Counted from the stretch's first letter, positions 38,347 through 51,838 are shown. The stretch: 64,000 nucleotides of DNA from Eledone cirrhosa (GCA_964016885.1 OZ024746.1:64294001-64358000), one strand, 5' to 3'. Numbers and translations: made by a program. The notes: generated by a model not told the origin, from the sequence alone.

Positions 38347-39098
38347 ACATATACAGTATCATTACTTTTTCACCAATCTCTCATTTACTCTTTATTCTTT
38401 ATTCTCTATTTATTTATCTATTTTCAAATTACACAAATTATATTAATTATTTTATTTTATTATATTATTTATTTATTTTCTGTTTTCTTCATTTATTGCC
38501 TTATATTTCTTCATATACATGAACCCCCACCCCCACCCCACCCACCACCACCACCACCACCACCACCACCACCACTACGATGGTGGCGGGAGGGATGAAG
38601 AAAAAACACAAACTGGATACTTCTAAATTGTTAGCAGCAGCAAGATATAAGCTGACCACTACAACAACAACAGTACCAAAATAATGGGGGAAGTCAAATG
38701 TACTGAACAATAGCAGGCAAAAACACTACAGGGGGCCTCACCCCAGAAAGAATTCTATAGACTTCTGACTGAGGAATGCTCTCAGAACTGAACAATGGGA
38801 AGTTTGACACTTTTTTTGTTATTTTGTTCCTTTAACACCTTGTCCCTTCTACCATTTTATCAATTTTTAAGCTAACTTCAACAATAACAACACTTAGAAT
38901 GAGGAATGTTCTAATAACTGACCAATGAGAGGAGAAGGGGACCTGTGACACGAAAATTCGAAAATTCGTTTGTTTGAATTCATATGACTCCAGTTCCCCA
39001 GTGAATTAACAACCCAACAAGGAACAGGGCATATCAGAGTATTGACAATATCATACACCTAAACAACATATGTACTTGTCTATACCATACTAATTCAA

Positions 39099-39152
39099 AC
39101 TGCCTGAAGAGACACAGCCAAAGATGGCTGTCACTGAAATATATATAGCAGT
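39099..39152 (+). ncRNA. Minimal type I hammerhead ribozyme in PLE pseudo-LTR
   Basis: ACTGC-CTGAAGA-[GAC ACAGCCA AAGA TGGCTGT CACT]-GAAA-TATATA-TA-GCAGT. Confidence 0.85.
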
Positions 39153-39380
39153 AATAAACGAAGCTAAATTTTAATCATTTGACTTTTATTTAACTTTATT
39201 TTACACTACTCCGGAGTAACCAAACCAACCTGCGCACTTCGTCGAGTGCTCCAGCCTGCATACTGAGGTGTTGGTATACAACCAACATAAACTCAAAATC
39301 TATATTATATATTATATATATATTATATATTATATATATTATATATAAATATATTATATATTATATATATATATTATATA

Positions 39381-41150
39381 TAAAGGCGATGCACTAGATA
39401 GAGGAAACTATAGAGGTATAAAGTTGATGGACCAGGTCATGAAAGTAACAGAAAGAGTTATAGCACAGTTGATTAGGGACCGGGTGAAAATAGACGAGAT
39501 GCAATTTGGGTTTGTACCAGGAAGAGGCACCACTGATGCCCTCTTCCTTGTGAGGCAATTACAGGAAAAGTACCTAGCTAAAAGTAAGCCACTCTACTTG
39601 GCATTTGTTGACCTTGAGAAAGCCTTTGACAGAGTTCCACGTGCTGTAATCTGGTGGGCTCTTAGAAAACTAGGAGTAGATGAATGGCTTGTGAAAGCGG
39701 TACAAGCCATGTATAGGGGAGCAGTCAGCAAAGTTAGGATTAGCAATGAGTATAGCGAGGAATTTAGCGTACAGGTCGGGGTCCACCAGGGCTCAGTTCT
39801 TAGCCCCCTCCTGTTCATCATAGTCCTGCAAGCAATAACGGAGGAGTTTAAGACCGGATGCCCATGGGAACTCCTGTATGCTGATGACCTCACACTCATA
39901 GCTGAATCTATGGTAGAACTAGAGAATAAATTCCAAACTTGGAAGCAGGGACTAGAAAGAAAGGGTCTCAAAGTCAACATGACAAAGACTAAGGTCCTTG
40001 TAAGTAGACGAGAAAACAGAACCCAGATCCCCTCAGGGAAATGGCCTTGCTCAGTATGTAGAAAAGGTGTAGGTAGGAACTCCATTCTCTGCCCCAAATG
40101 CAAACAATGGGTACACAAGAGATGTAGCGGGATCTCAGGAAGCTTAATTAAGAATGTAGGCTTCACGTGCAGCAGCTGTGCTGAGACAGCAAGCAGCAAA
40201 CAGCCACAGGAAACAAGTACCACCAATCTCTGGGAGGGCTCTGTAGAAACAGTAGACAGCTTCTGCTACCTAGGTGACCGAATTAGCAGCGGAGGTGGGT
40301 GTTCAGAAAGTACAATAACTAGGGTAAGAACGGGATGGAAGAAGTTTAGGGAACTACTACCACTGCTAGCTGCAAAAGGCTTCTCCCTCAGAATGAAAGG
40401 CAGACTGTATGATGCGTGTATCCGAACAGCAATGTTGCATGGTAGTGAGACCTGGGTGCTGAAGGTGGAAGACTTACGTAGATTAGAGAGAAACGAAGCC
40501 TGCATGCTCCGATGGATGTGTAACAGTAATATACGTGAACGACAAAGCATAAATGAATTGAGAGAGAGGCTGAGCATAAGAGGTATCAAATGCTGTGTGC
40601 AGGAGAGGCGGTTGCGCTGGTATGGACATGTGATGCGTATGAAGGATGACAGCTGCATAAAAAGGTTCAGAGCACTAGAAGTTGATGGAAACTGCGGAGT
40701 GGGGAGACCCAAGATGACCTGGGATGAGGTGATAAAAGCTGACCTTACCCAATTACACCTCTCAAAGGCAATGAGACACGACCGTGACTTCTGGCGTCAC
40801 GCAGTAATACAGAGTACCCGACCTCCCATGGGTACATGCTGAAGCATATAGACAATATGCCCCCACACCCCCCACCGCAAGGTGGCTGTGGAGGTGCCAC
40901 GGCAAAAAAGCACACAGCCCACACTGTAAAGTGGACGTGTAGGCGCCACGAAAAAGCACCCAGCACTCACTGTAAATGAGGTTGGTGTTAGGAAGGGCAT
41001 CCAGCTGTAGAAATCAAGCCAAATCAGTTCCTGTATGAGCAACGCATGGTCAGCCGACCAGACACTGCCCACAACAGGACAACCCGTCTAACCCATGCTA
41101 GCGTGGAAGAACGGACGTAAAACGGTGATGATGATGATGATGATGATGAT
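39381..41150 (+). mobile_element. 5'-truncated RTE family 1 copy (RT, PHD-like finger and C-terminus in frame)
   Basis: 472-aa ORF 39424-40842 nearly identical to the full-length element; same 3' UTR; (GAT)n tail ending at 41150. Confidence 0.95.
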
Positions 41151-41382
41151 ATATATATTATATTTTATATATGTTGTAGCATATGTACATATATATATAT
41201 ATATATATATACATATGCTACAACATAAGCACATGTACCTCTAAATATAAAACAGTTACAATGCAAATGCAATCACACAGTCTGATTTACATATGCAGTC
41301 ACATGCCCCTATTGTTCTCATATGTAAGGGACACACAAATACTCTCCTGTACTGGCACACACATACACACACATGTTTGTAT

Positions 41383-41426
<44 letters not shown>

Positions 41427-41465
41427 GTGTATATATATATGTATATATGTATATATGTATATGGA

Positions 41466-41795
41466 TGGAGGCACATGGTTTAGTGGTTAGAGCACTGGCC
41501 TTGCAATCGAAAGGTTGTGAGTTCAATTCTCAGACCGAGTGATGTGTTGTTTCCTTGAGCAAGACACTTTATTTCACATTGCTCAAGTTTACTCAGCTGT
41601 AGAAATGAGATGATAGGGACTGGGGTCCCTATCATTCCACTGCAAAGTGGTCGTGGAGGTGCCACGGCAGAAAAGCACCCAGCACTCACTGTAAATGAGG
41701 TTGGTGTTAGGAAGGGCATCCAGCTGTAGAAATCAAGCCAGAATCACTTCCTGTCCCACCCTTGCAAGCAGGGAAAAGCGGGGCGTAAAATGATG
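41466..41795 (+). mobile_element. tRNA-derived CORE-type SINE with RTE-derived 3' tail
   Basis: A/B boxes (TGGTTTAGTGG, GAGTTCAATTC); CORE-like TCCTTGAGCAAGACACTT..CTCAGCTGTAGAAATG; 3' part matches the RTE family 1 3' UTR. Confidence 0.8.
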
Positions 41796-41861
41796 AAAAA
41801 AAAAAAAATGTATATGTATATATGTATATGTATATATATGTGTATATATATATATATGCAT

Positions 41862-44257
41862 ATCATCATCATCATCATCATCATCATCAACGTTTAACGT
41901 CCCGTGTTCCACGCTTGCATGGGTTTGGACGGGGGTAGTCCCACTTGAGGCAAGAGTGATTGTCTTGCTCGCATAGGACTGTCTGGCAGTTTTTCTACAG
42001 TTGGATGCCCTTCCTAACACCAACCACATTTACAGTGTGGGTCTGGGAGGTTTTTACCGTGTTGCCTACACGGCCACATTACAGCGTGGACTGTGTGTTT
42101 TTTTGTCGTGACACCTACACGATCTCATTTGTTTCGGCCTGGATGGCGCGGCACCAACATAACTTTACATAGAACGGGGTGGTGTGGATGGGGTGGGGGT
42201 GGGGGTGGTGGGACGGGGTGTATTTTGTTAGAGATGCCTACTGGCTGGAGTAGGTTTTACTATATATATTTAGGTAAGGCGGGTCTTCTCTGTTACTGAG
42301 TACCGCCAAAGGTCTCGGTCCAGTGACATTGTCTTAGAGAGGTGTAAGTGTGTGATGTCGGAGTTTATCAGCTCGTCCCAGGTTTTTCTAGGTCTGCCTA
42401 TTCCGTGACTACCGTCTATCTTTATTGCCCTGCACTTTGTTATACAGCTATCGACTTTCATGCGCATCACGTGTCCATACCAACGTAGCCTTCTCTCGAG
42501 TAAACAACATCTGATCCCTCTTATCTCTAATTTTTTCCTTAGTTCGTTTCTGCTTTGCCGTTCACGTATATTACTGTTACACATCCAGCGGAGCATGCAA
42601 GCTTCGTTCCTCTCTAGTCTGCGTATATCCTCTGAACACAATGCCCAGGTCTCACTGCCATGCAACATTGCTGTTCGTATGCAGGCATCGTACAACCTGC
42701 CTTTCATTTTTAGGGAGAACCCTTTAGCAGCTAATAGTGGTATAAGCTCTCTGAACTTTTTCCAACCAGTTCTGACTCTAGCTACAGTACTTTCAGAGCA
42801 CCCTCCCCCACTGCTGATTTTATCGCCCAGGTAACGGAAGCTGTCCACTATTTCTATAGAACCCTCTGCGCAATTGAAAGAGCTAGTAGCTTGTGGGCAC
42901 TTGCTGCTACTTATTGCACCAGAACACCGGCCACATGTAAAATCTATGTTCTTAGTTAGCTTACCTGTGATCCCACTACATCTTTTATGCACCCATACTT
43001 TGCATTTAGGACATAAAATGGAGTTTCTACCTACGCCTTTCCTACACACCAAGCACGACCATTTCCCAGAAGGGACCGCCGCCTTGTTTTCTTTCCTACA
43101 AACTAGAACTTTGGTCTTAGCCAGGTTAATTTTAAGTCCTTTTGACTCTAGGCCGTGCTTCCATGTTTGGAATTTCTTCTCTAGCTCGGCCATTGATTCC
43201 GCTATGAGTGTCAGGTCATCTGCGTATAGGAGTTCCCATGGGCAGCCTGTCTTGAACTCCTCTGTTATAGCCTGAAGGGCAATAATAAATAGTAGGGGGC
43301 TGAGAACAGAGCCCTGATGGACGCCAACTTTTACGCTAAACTCTTCACTATATTCGTTGTTAATTCTAACCTTGCTGACTGTTTCTTTATACATGGCTTG
43401 TATAGCCCTCACAAGCCATTCGTCAACGCCTAGTTTTCTAAGAGCCCACCAGATAATGGAGCGGGGGACTCTGTCGAAGGCTTTCTCCAGGTCGACAAAA
43501 GCTAAGTAGAGGGGTTTACCTTTAGCTAGGTACTTCTCCTGTAGTTGTCGTACTATGAAAAGAGCGTCTGTGGTACTTTTGCCTGACACAAACCCGAACT
43601 GCATTTCATCTAGGTCAATTCTCTCTCTGATTAGTTGCGCCATTACTTTTTCCGTGACCTTCATGACCTGGTCGATTAATTTAATGCCTCTATAGTTACT
43701 CCTATCTAGGGCGTCTCCTTTACCCTTATAACAGTTAACGATGATGCTGCTATGCCAGTCCTTCGGAACAACCCCATTCTGTATGACTTGGTTAATTATG
43801 CGGGTGACCATGGTGTGTCCCACCGTGCCAGATGCATTCAGCATCTCAGCAACTATTTCCGAAGGCCCAGCCGCCTTACCTGTCTTCATATCCTTGATTG
43901 CCTTACTTATTATACTCCCCTCGACTAACACTGCTGGTCCCTCTATTGGGTCGATATGGGGGAGACTGTCTTTCTCCCATTTATTCTCCTCATTTAGTAG
44001 CCTTTCATAGTGACACTTCCAAGCTACCTTCTTATCAGTGTCGGTGATGGCAAGTATGCCATCATCGTTAAGTACACACTTCTCCCCGACAATATCACGG
44101 TTTTCCTTGACGCATTGCCTAGCAATCCTGAACACCTCACGTTTTTGGTCACCGCGTTGTAGAACATGCTTGAACTTTCTTCCCTCAGCTTCCCTTCTTG
44201 CTAAGTACACTTCTCTCCTGGCCACTTGATAGTCTACTCTACTTCCCCCATCCCCCA
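41862..44257 (-). mobile_element. 5'-truncated RTE family 2 copy (diverged relative)
   Basis: RT/PHD-like/C-terminal frame 42270-~44257 homologous to family 1 but diverged, with a different 3' UTR; (GAT)n tail at 41862-41888; the annotated ORF's N-terminus is microsatellite read-through. Confidence 0.93.
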
Positions 44258-44606
44258 TATGTATATATATATATACATATACATATATATGTATACATAT
44301 ATATATACATATATATATATATATACATATATATATACATATATACATATGTATATCTATATATATATATGTATGCATATATATATATATATATGTATAT
44401 ATGTGTATATATATATATATATGTATATGTATATATAAATATATATGCATATATTTGTATGTATATATATATATATGTATATATATATTTGTATATATAT
44501 ATATATGTATATATGTATAAATGTATATATATATATATGTATAAATGTATATATATGTGTATATATATATATATGTGTGTGTGTATATATATATATATAC
44601 ATATAA

Positions 44607-44650
<44 letters not shown>

Positions 44651-45420
44651 TAAATGTATGCATACATGCATACAAATAAATACATGTGCAAGTTTTTATA
44701 TACACATGGAACTGAAGTATTTTGGAAATGATTGTCAGAGTTTAGGGCATAGAAGAGAGAATGGGGACGAGAGGAAAGACTGGGGCAGGTCTGACAGATG
44801 GATTGATATTGATTCTTTGAAAATTGTAAAAGCTGAGCGATAAATGCATACATTATGAGATAACTGGAAGAATATGACATTTTGTGGTAGAATCTCTTAG
44901 CAAAGTAGGAAGGAATTGTATTGAGGTGATTTGGGTAGGAAATAAAGAGAGAATGTAAGTGAGCTTGTGAATTAAAGAAAAGGAAGAGAGAGTGAGAGAG
45001 AGAGAGAAATAGTAGGTACAATGAAAGGGAGATGAGGTACATAGAGAGAAAGAAAGAGGGAGGGGTAAAAAGAAAGTGACTGACAGAGAGCAAAAGAGAC
45101 AGTCAGAGCGAAAGAGGGAGGGAAGGAGGGAGAAAGAAATAGAGACAGAGAGAGGAGAGGTAGAGGAAATGTAATTCTCATTCAAAGTTGCTCAATGAAT
45201 GACTTCAAAGACAAATAATAATAATAATAATAACAATAATAATGAGGAGGAGAAGAAGATGAAGGAAAAGAATAAAAAAGCTGAGATGAATAAAGAAATT
45301 ATCAGTTTGAATGGTAAAATTGGAGAGAGAGGCTGAGAGAAGATGTAACACAGATTGGAAGAGAGGATTCAAGACTGATGATGAAATTGAGAAAAAGAAA
45401 CACACATGCATTGTATAAAT

Positions 45421-45464
<44 letters not shown>

Positions 45465-45618
45465 GTATACTCATACACATGTGTAAGTGTATGTGTGTGT
45501 GTTAGCAGAGAAAATGGCTGTTGAATGATGAAATTATATATACATGCGTATATACATGTACATCTACCTGTCATTATGCATACATATGTGTGTGTATATA
45601 TAGATATGTTTATGATAT

Positions 45619-45649
<31 letters not shown>

Positions 45650-45653
45650 CATA

Positions 45654-45716
<63 letters not shown>

Positions 45717-45849
45717 GCATATATATATATATCTATATATATGCATATGTATATATGTATATACATATATATATATGTATATATGTATATATATATATGT
45801 ATATATATATATACATATATGTATATACATATGCACATACATATATATA

Positions 45850-45884
<35 letters not shown>

Positions 45885-46046
45885 GTATATAAACACACAT
45901 GCATATTTATGTATACACACATACACACACACATATATATATATGTATATATACACACACATGCATATATATATATATATAAATATATAAATATATTGGC
46001 GATATTTAATTGTCTGGCTCGTTATAATTATTGTATTATATATATA

Positions 46047-46291
46047 ATTCAAAATATTAATAAATGAAGACATTCACATAATCAATATATATGTTTTATT
46101 ATATTTATTTCGAAGGTACTGTGCTGTTTTTTTTCAGTACATCCTCATCAGTATGTCAGTATGTCATACATCAATTCATGTATTTTATCTGACGAGGAAG
46201 TACTGAAAAAACAGCACAGAACCTTCGAAATATATATAATAAAACATATATTTTGATTATGTGAATGTCTTCATTTATTAATATTTTGAAT
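46047..46291. repeat. Inverted repeat, ~105 bp arms, with hammerheads
   Basis: 46047-46151 vs 46189-46291. Confidence 0.9.
46183..46244 (+). ncRNA. Hammerhead ribozyme in right arm of inverted repeat
   Basis: TTTTAT-CTGACGA-G-GAAG...CTTC-GAAA-TATATA-TA-ATAAAA. Confidence 0.8.
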
Positions 46292-47180
46292 AATATTAAT
46301 AACTCCAGAAAACTTCATTGTAGAGTGCTTTTAATCTATTGTAAAACTATATTCATTGAGTAATCAATGAACTATATTAATCTTTGGTTATATATATCTA
46401 TATTATACATGTCAGCATCATCACTTATTGTTGGTTCTTCCTGCTAAGACTAAACCACTACACATGTTGGCTGGTGGCTCTATAATGCTTACATATGTTC
46501 TCTCTCTCTACAGAGTGCCCTGAGTGCATTTCTGTGGCATCAGCACTAGAAGGTTTGCTATGTATTTGACACATCTGAAAAATGCTTGCAAATCTATGTT
46601 TGGCAAGTTTTCTACAGCAAGATACCCTTTGTATCATTAACCACTTTACAGAGAGTGTACTTTGGTTTTTGCTAAATTTACTCTGAATCTCTTTGCGTTC
46701 AAGTTCTGTTTCTTTAACCCTTTAACATTTACATTACTCTATATATATACCATTGTATTTTCACAGTAAACACTTTATTCCATATAATTAACTCACATAA
46801 AATCGAATCTATGAGATTTTGATATTATTTATTTTGAGAACAATACCTTAACATAAGTATGAGCAGCCATTTATGGCCGGTTTGAACAGAAAGAGGTAAG
46901 AGATTTCTGGATGGATATGGCTGGTTTAAATGCTAAAAGGTTAATAAGAATTTTTCTCAATCTTTTCCATTAATTCAGCTCCAATCATTAGCTTTCAGAA
47001 TTTCCTATGACAGCTGGTCTTAAATTCGTCTGTTATGGCCTGGAGGATCATAATAAACAGAAGTGGGGCTTTTTGTCTTCTTCTCCAGTTCTTGAATCAC
47101 CTATCTACTCTTTCAGATAGCTTATGATTGATCTAGCCACAGATCCATGTCCTTAGCCTCCTCCTATTTATTATTGCCCT

Positions 47181-48577
47181 TTAGGCTATAATAGAGGAGT
47201 TCAAGACTGGCTGCCCATGGGAACTTCTATACGCTGATGATCTAACTCTCATAACTGAAACGATGGCTGAACTAGAGAAGAAATTCCAAACATGGAAGCA
47301 TGGCCTAGAATTAAAATGCCTTAAAGTTAACTTGTCTAAGACTAAAGTTCTAGTATGTAGAAAGGAAAATAGGGCACAGGTCCCCTCTGAGAAATGGCCA
47401 TGCTCAGTGTGTAGGAAAGGAGTAGGGAGAAATTCCATTTTATGTCCCAAATGCAAACTATGGGTACATAAAAGATGTAGTGGGATCACAGGTAAGCTAT
47501 CTAAGAACGTAGATTTTGTATGTGGCCGATGCTCAGGTGCAATAAGTAGCAAGTGTCCACAGGATACTAGCTCCTTCTATTGCCGAGATGGTACTATAGA
47601 AATAGTGGACACCTTCCGTTACCTGGGTGACAAAATCAGCAGTGGTGGAGGGTGCTCTGAAAGTACAGTAGCCAGAGTCAGAACGGGATGGAAAAAGTTC
47701 AGAGAGCTTATACCACTATTGGCCACTAAAGGTTTCTCTCTAAAAATGACAGGCAGGCTGTATGATGCCTGCATACGAACAGCAATGTTACATGGCAGTG
47801 AGACTTGGGCATAGAGGATATACGCAGACTGGAGAGGAATGAAGCATGCATGCTCCATTGGATGTGTAATAGTAATATACGCGAACCGCAAAGCATAAAT
47901 GAACTAAGTGAGAAATTAGGAATAAGAGGGATCAGATGCTGTTTACTCGAGAGAAGACTACGTTGGTATGGTCACGTGATGCGCATGAAAGATGACAGCT
48001 CTATAAAAAAAGTGCAGGGCGATCAAAATTGATGGAAGTTACGGAGTAGGTAGACTCAGAAAAACCTGGGACAACTTGATAAATTCCGACCTTACACACT
48101 TACACCTCTCCAATACAATGTCACTGGACCGAGATCTTTGGCGCTATGCAGTAATACAGAAGACCCGCCTTACCTATGTACATAGCGAAACCTACAGTTA
48201 GTAGGCACCTCTTAACCAAATATACATCCCCATACAACTACCCCTACTCCACCCCCACCAACACCACCCTCTCTCTGTAAAGTTATGTTGGTACCACAAC
48301 ATCCAGTCGAAAATAAATGAGGTCATGTATGTGTCACGACAAAAAAACACACAGTCCACGGTGTAATGTGGCCGTGTAGGTAACACAGTAAAAACCTCCC
48401 AGTCCACACTGTAAACGTGGTTGGTCTTAGGTAGGGCATCAAGCCGTAGAAAACCTGCCATAGAAAACCTATACGAGCGAGACAGTCTCCCGACAAATTT
48501 TGCCTCAAGTGGGACAATTCCCATCTAAACCCATGCTAGCGTGGAAGATAGACGTTAAACGATGATGATGATGATGA
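47181..48577 (+). mobile_element. 5'-truncated, frameshifted RTE family 2-like copy
   Basis: [19 protein letters not shown]-like motif and RRLRWYGH split over frames; 3' UTR similar to 41862-42270; (GAT)n tail. Confidence 0.9.
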
Positions 48578-48600
48578 TATATATATGTATATATATATAC

Positions 48601-48646
<46 letters not shown>

Positions 48647-48674
48647 GTATATATATATATATGTATATATATAC

Positions 48675-48725
<51 letters not shown>

Positions 48726-48726
<1 letters not shown>

Positions 48727-48855
48727 CATCATCATCATCATCGTTTAACGTCTATCTTCCACGCTAGCATGGGTTTAGAAGGGAATTGTCCCACTTGAGG
48801 CAAGATTGGTCGGGAGACCGTGTCTCGCTCGTATAGGTTTTCTATGGCAGGTTTT
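48726..48855 (-). mobile_element. RTE 3'-end fragment, inverted relative to 48449-48577
   Basis: Reverse complement of the last ~130 bp of the adjacent copy, across a (TA)n tract. Confidence 0.85.
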
Positions 48856-48902
48856 ATATATATATATATAATAAACTGAGAAAAAAAATCATATAGAAAT
48901 AG

Positions 48903-48949
48903 CTACTACAGGACTAGAATTGTTTCATTCATTTGAAATCATCAGGAAG
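48903..48949 (-). ncRNA. Hammerhead (U10.1/U11.1 variant); truncated relative at 7050-7089
   Basis: Consensus CTTC-CTGATGA-T-TTC NNNN GAA-T-GAAA-CAG TTCTAGTC CTG-TA-GAAG; each copy has 1-2 defects. Confidence 0.65.
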
Positions 48950-49485
48950 TCAATGTATGTATATAGGTGTGTGTTGATAGTTTGTATGGTAATTAGAGTA
49001 TGCAAATATTTTTAGAAGAAACTAATAAACAGAAGTATGAAATGAGTCTGTAACATAGAAAAAGAAAGTGTTAGAAAGGAAAAGAAAAGGGTACAGAGAG
49101 AGGAGAGAGAAAATGTTGATGAGTAAAAGAGTGTGATATGCTGATTATATAAGTCGGAAAAAAAGGTGTAAAGAAAGTGGTGAGAAATTTCGAAAAGAAG
49201 GGGGGAAATTAAAAAGGGCGATTTGGATTTGAAAGAAATGATTTAAAGAAATGGGCGGGGGACAAAGAAGTGTTAAACGTATTATTCTGAGGAAATGAAA
49301 GAAAATTGTTATAATAGAGCGGAGTGAAAGAAACAAACAACCGAGAGAGAGAGGAGGGAGGGGGTAAAGATGCCGAAAGATAAAAGATTAGAGAATAAAT
49401 GAAACTAGCGAATTTGGTTTGGACAATGAGAGGCGAAAAAGAAAAGTGAAAGTTGGGTGTATGTATGTGTGTGTGTGCGAGTGAG

Positions 49486-49524
<39 letters not shown>

Positions 49525-51514
49525 GAGACAGAGTTAAAGGAGGGAAATGAACAAGTTTGAAAAGAATGAAATAAACGACGGCTTATTTCATAAAAGAAAA
49601 AGAAAAGTGAACAAGCCTGTGCAAAAGAAAAAGTGAAATAAGGTAAAATCAAGAAAACAAGGTTGGGACGGGGGCTATATATTGATAAAATGTAAATTTT
49701 AATAAAGATTAGCGAGTTTAGCTCAACAATGCAGATTATTATCTTAAAAATAAATTTTTTTTTTCGTTTCGCAATGACTGGCCTTTTAACTTGTTACACA
49801 TTAAAGTCTTTAGATTTTGAACGAAGTGAGAATTGGTGGCGTTTATGATTTCTAAGAGGAAAAAACTTTCATCTTTTTTTCTTTTTGGAATAACTTGAAA
49901 GACGCGATCGGTTAACGAGGATACAAGATGGAAAGAAAAGTTAAACAGAATTAAATGGTGAGGGATGGATATTCGTTAGAGCTTCGGACAAAATCGCTAG
50001 CGGTCTATATAGTCACGATGTGGTAATTATATGTGTGTGATGATGATGATTTTATGAGTGCACAGGTGGAACTCCAGAGTAACAAGACATAGCCTGTAGC
50101 CACAATAAAGAATACATATATGTATATATATTATTATTTATTACATTCTAAGTTCAAATCCCGAGGTTAACTTTGCTTTCATTACACCAGTAATACACTG
50201 GATTAATTGCTAGCCTTGTGCCAAAAGTAGAAACAATTATTTATTACATTCTAAGTTCAAATCCCGTCGAAGTTAGCTTCTGTCTCTCATTCTTCCAAGG
50301 TCGATAATATAAAGTACAACTTATATTATTGGATTCGATTTATATGCTTCTAATACATCGTATATGTGAATGGAATCATAATATAATAAATAATACAAGC
50401 CACAATTTTGAGTAAATAGAAGCGGAAAGGTGTAAGGTAAAGCTTAAAACAAAAACAACGAAAACAAAAAAATTGACACCAACACACATATATTGTCTTT
50501 GCCTTTCATCCTTACGGGGTCGATAAAATAAAGTACCAGTAATGTACTGGTTAATTGCTGGCCTTGTGCCTAAAGTAGAAACAATTATTTATTATGGTAA
50601 CGGGGTAAGTCTTTTATTACTCTGGAGTTTTACCTGTGCACTCACACACATAAGAGTGTGTGTGTGAGAGAGAGTGAGAGAGAGTAACAGGTAGACAGAC
50701 ACGGAAGGAAAAAATGTAGATGATAACGTTGATAACTTAAACAACAGAAAAGATAGAAAGACAAAATAAATAAATGAAAGAGTATGAAGAGATAGATATA
50801 GAGATATAGAGAGGACAAAATTAAAAAAAATGAAAGAAAAACGATATATGTATAGTGTGTGTGTGTTAAATATGTATGTAATTGTGTAAGAGGGAAAGAG
50901 AGAAATTGACGAGAAGAACTAAGGGAAAGAAAAGAGTAAAGAGACGCACAGAGTTAGATAGACAGATACAAACACATATGCGGAGAGAGTGAGAAAGAGA
51001 GGAAGGCAAATGTGTGAAAGGAAGAAAGAAAAAGAAACAGAGAGAGAGAGAAAAGTGTGTGTGTGTGAGAGAGAGAGGGGAATAAAAGAAACCATTGATA
51101 GTAGATTGGGTTTTTGCGTGCCTGTGCATAAGGAAGAGACATATATATACAGAGAAAAGAAAAAATATTTAATAGATGAAAGTGAAAATAACCAAAATAA
51201 AAAAGAGAAAAAACACAAAGGTGAAGAGAAAGCGTTAAGTGAATGTTGTTCCAAAGGTCGAAAATTGTTGTGCTGGTTTTGTGTGGTTGACAGGAACTTA
51301 GAATGGTTTGAAGGATAGATAGTAACATGATAAGAGAGAGCAACAGTTCGAAAACCAGAGAGTAAGAAGAATTGAGAATGAGAGTAAACACATGAGAGAG
51401 AAAGAAAGAAAGAGAGAAGTAATGAGTGGAATAGAGAGGGTTAACCGAAACTAAAGTAATATCTCTAACAACTTCTCTCACTCTAAAGAAAGCAGCGAGC
51501 ATCACACACACACA

Positions 51515-51549
51515 CGTATATATATACATACTTATACATGTATACATAA

Positions 51550-51580
<31 letters not shown>

Positions 51581-51641
51581 CTTATACATGTATACATAAA
51601 CACACATATATATATATACATACTTATACATGTATACATAA

Positions 51642-51682
<41 letters not shown>

Positions 51683-51802
51683 CTTATACATGTATACATA
51701 AACACATATATATATATACATACTTATACATGTATACATAAACACACACACACACACACATATATATACATATATACATACTTATACATAAACACACACA
51801 CA
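51515..51802. repeat. Compound minisatellite
   Basis: ATACTTATACATGTATACATAAAC(AC)n(AT)n repeated about 6 times. Confidence 0.9.
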
Positions 51803-51803
51803 T

Positions 51804-51838
<35 letters not shown>

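Larger units (their letters stand above)
36555..39301 (-). mobile_element. 5'-truncated Penelope-like element: GIY-YIG 3' part plus inverted pseudo-LTR
   Basis: GIY-YIG frame on minus strand; inverted repeat 36555-37268 / 38342-39203, each arm with a hammerhead; ~100 bp extension to 39301; (TA)n on both sides. Confidence 0.9.

Noticed and set aside
44258-44705. N-terminal ~150 aa of the 811-aa ORF
   Set aside because: Stop-free microsatellite fused in frame to a truncated RTE
47010-47069. Inverted RT fragment as a twin-priming product of the 47181 copy
   Set aside because: It overlaps the same codons but differs at many positions, so it is more likely an independent older fragment
50954-51757. 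267-aa hydrophobic ORF
   Set aside because: Low-complexity purine tract plus minisatellite
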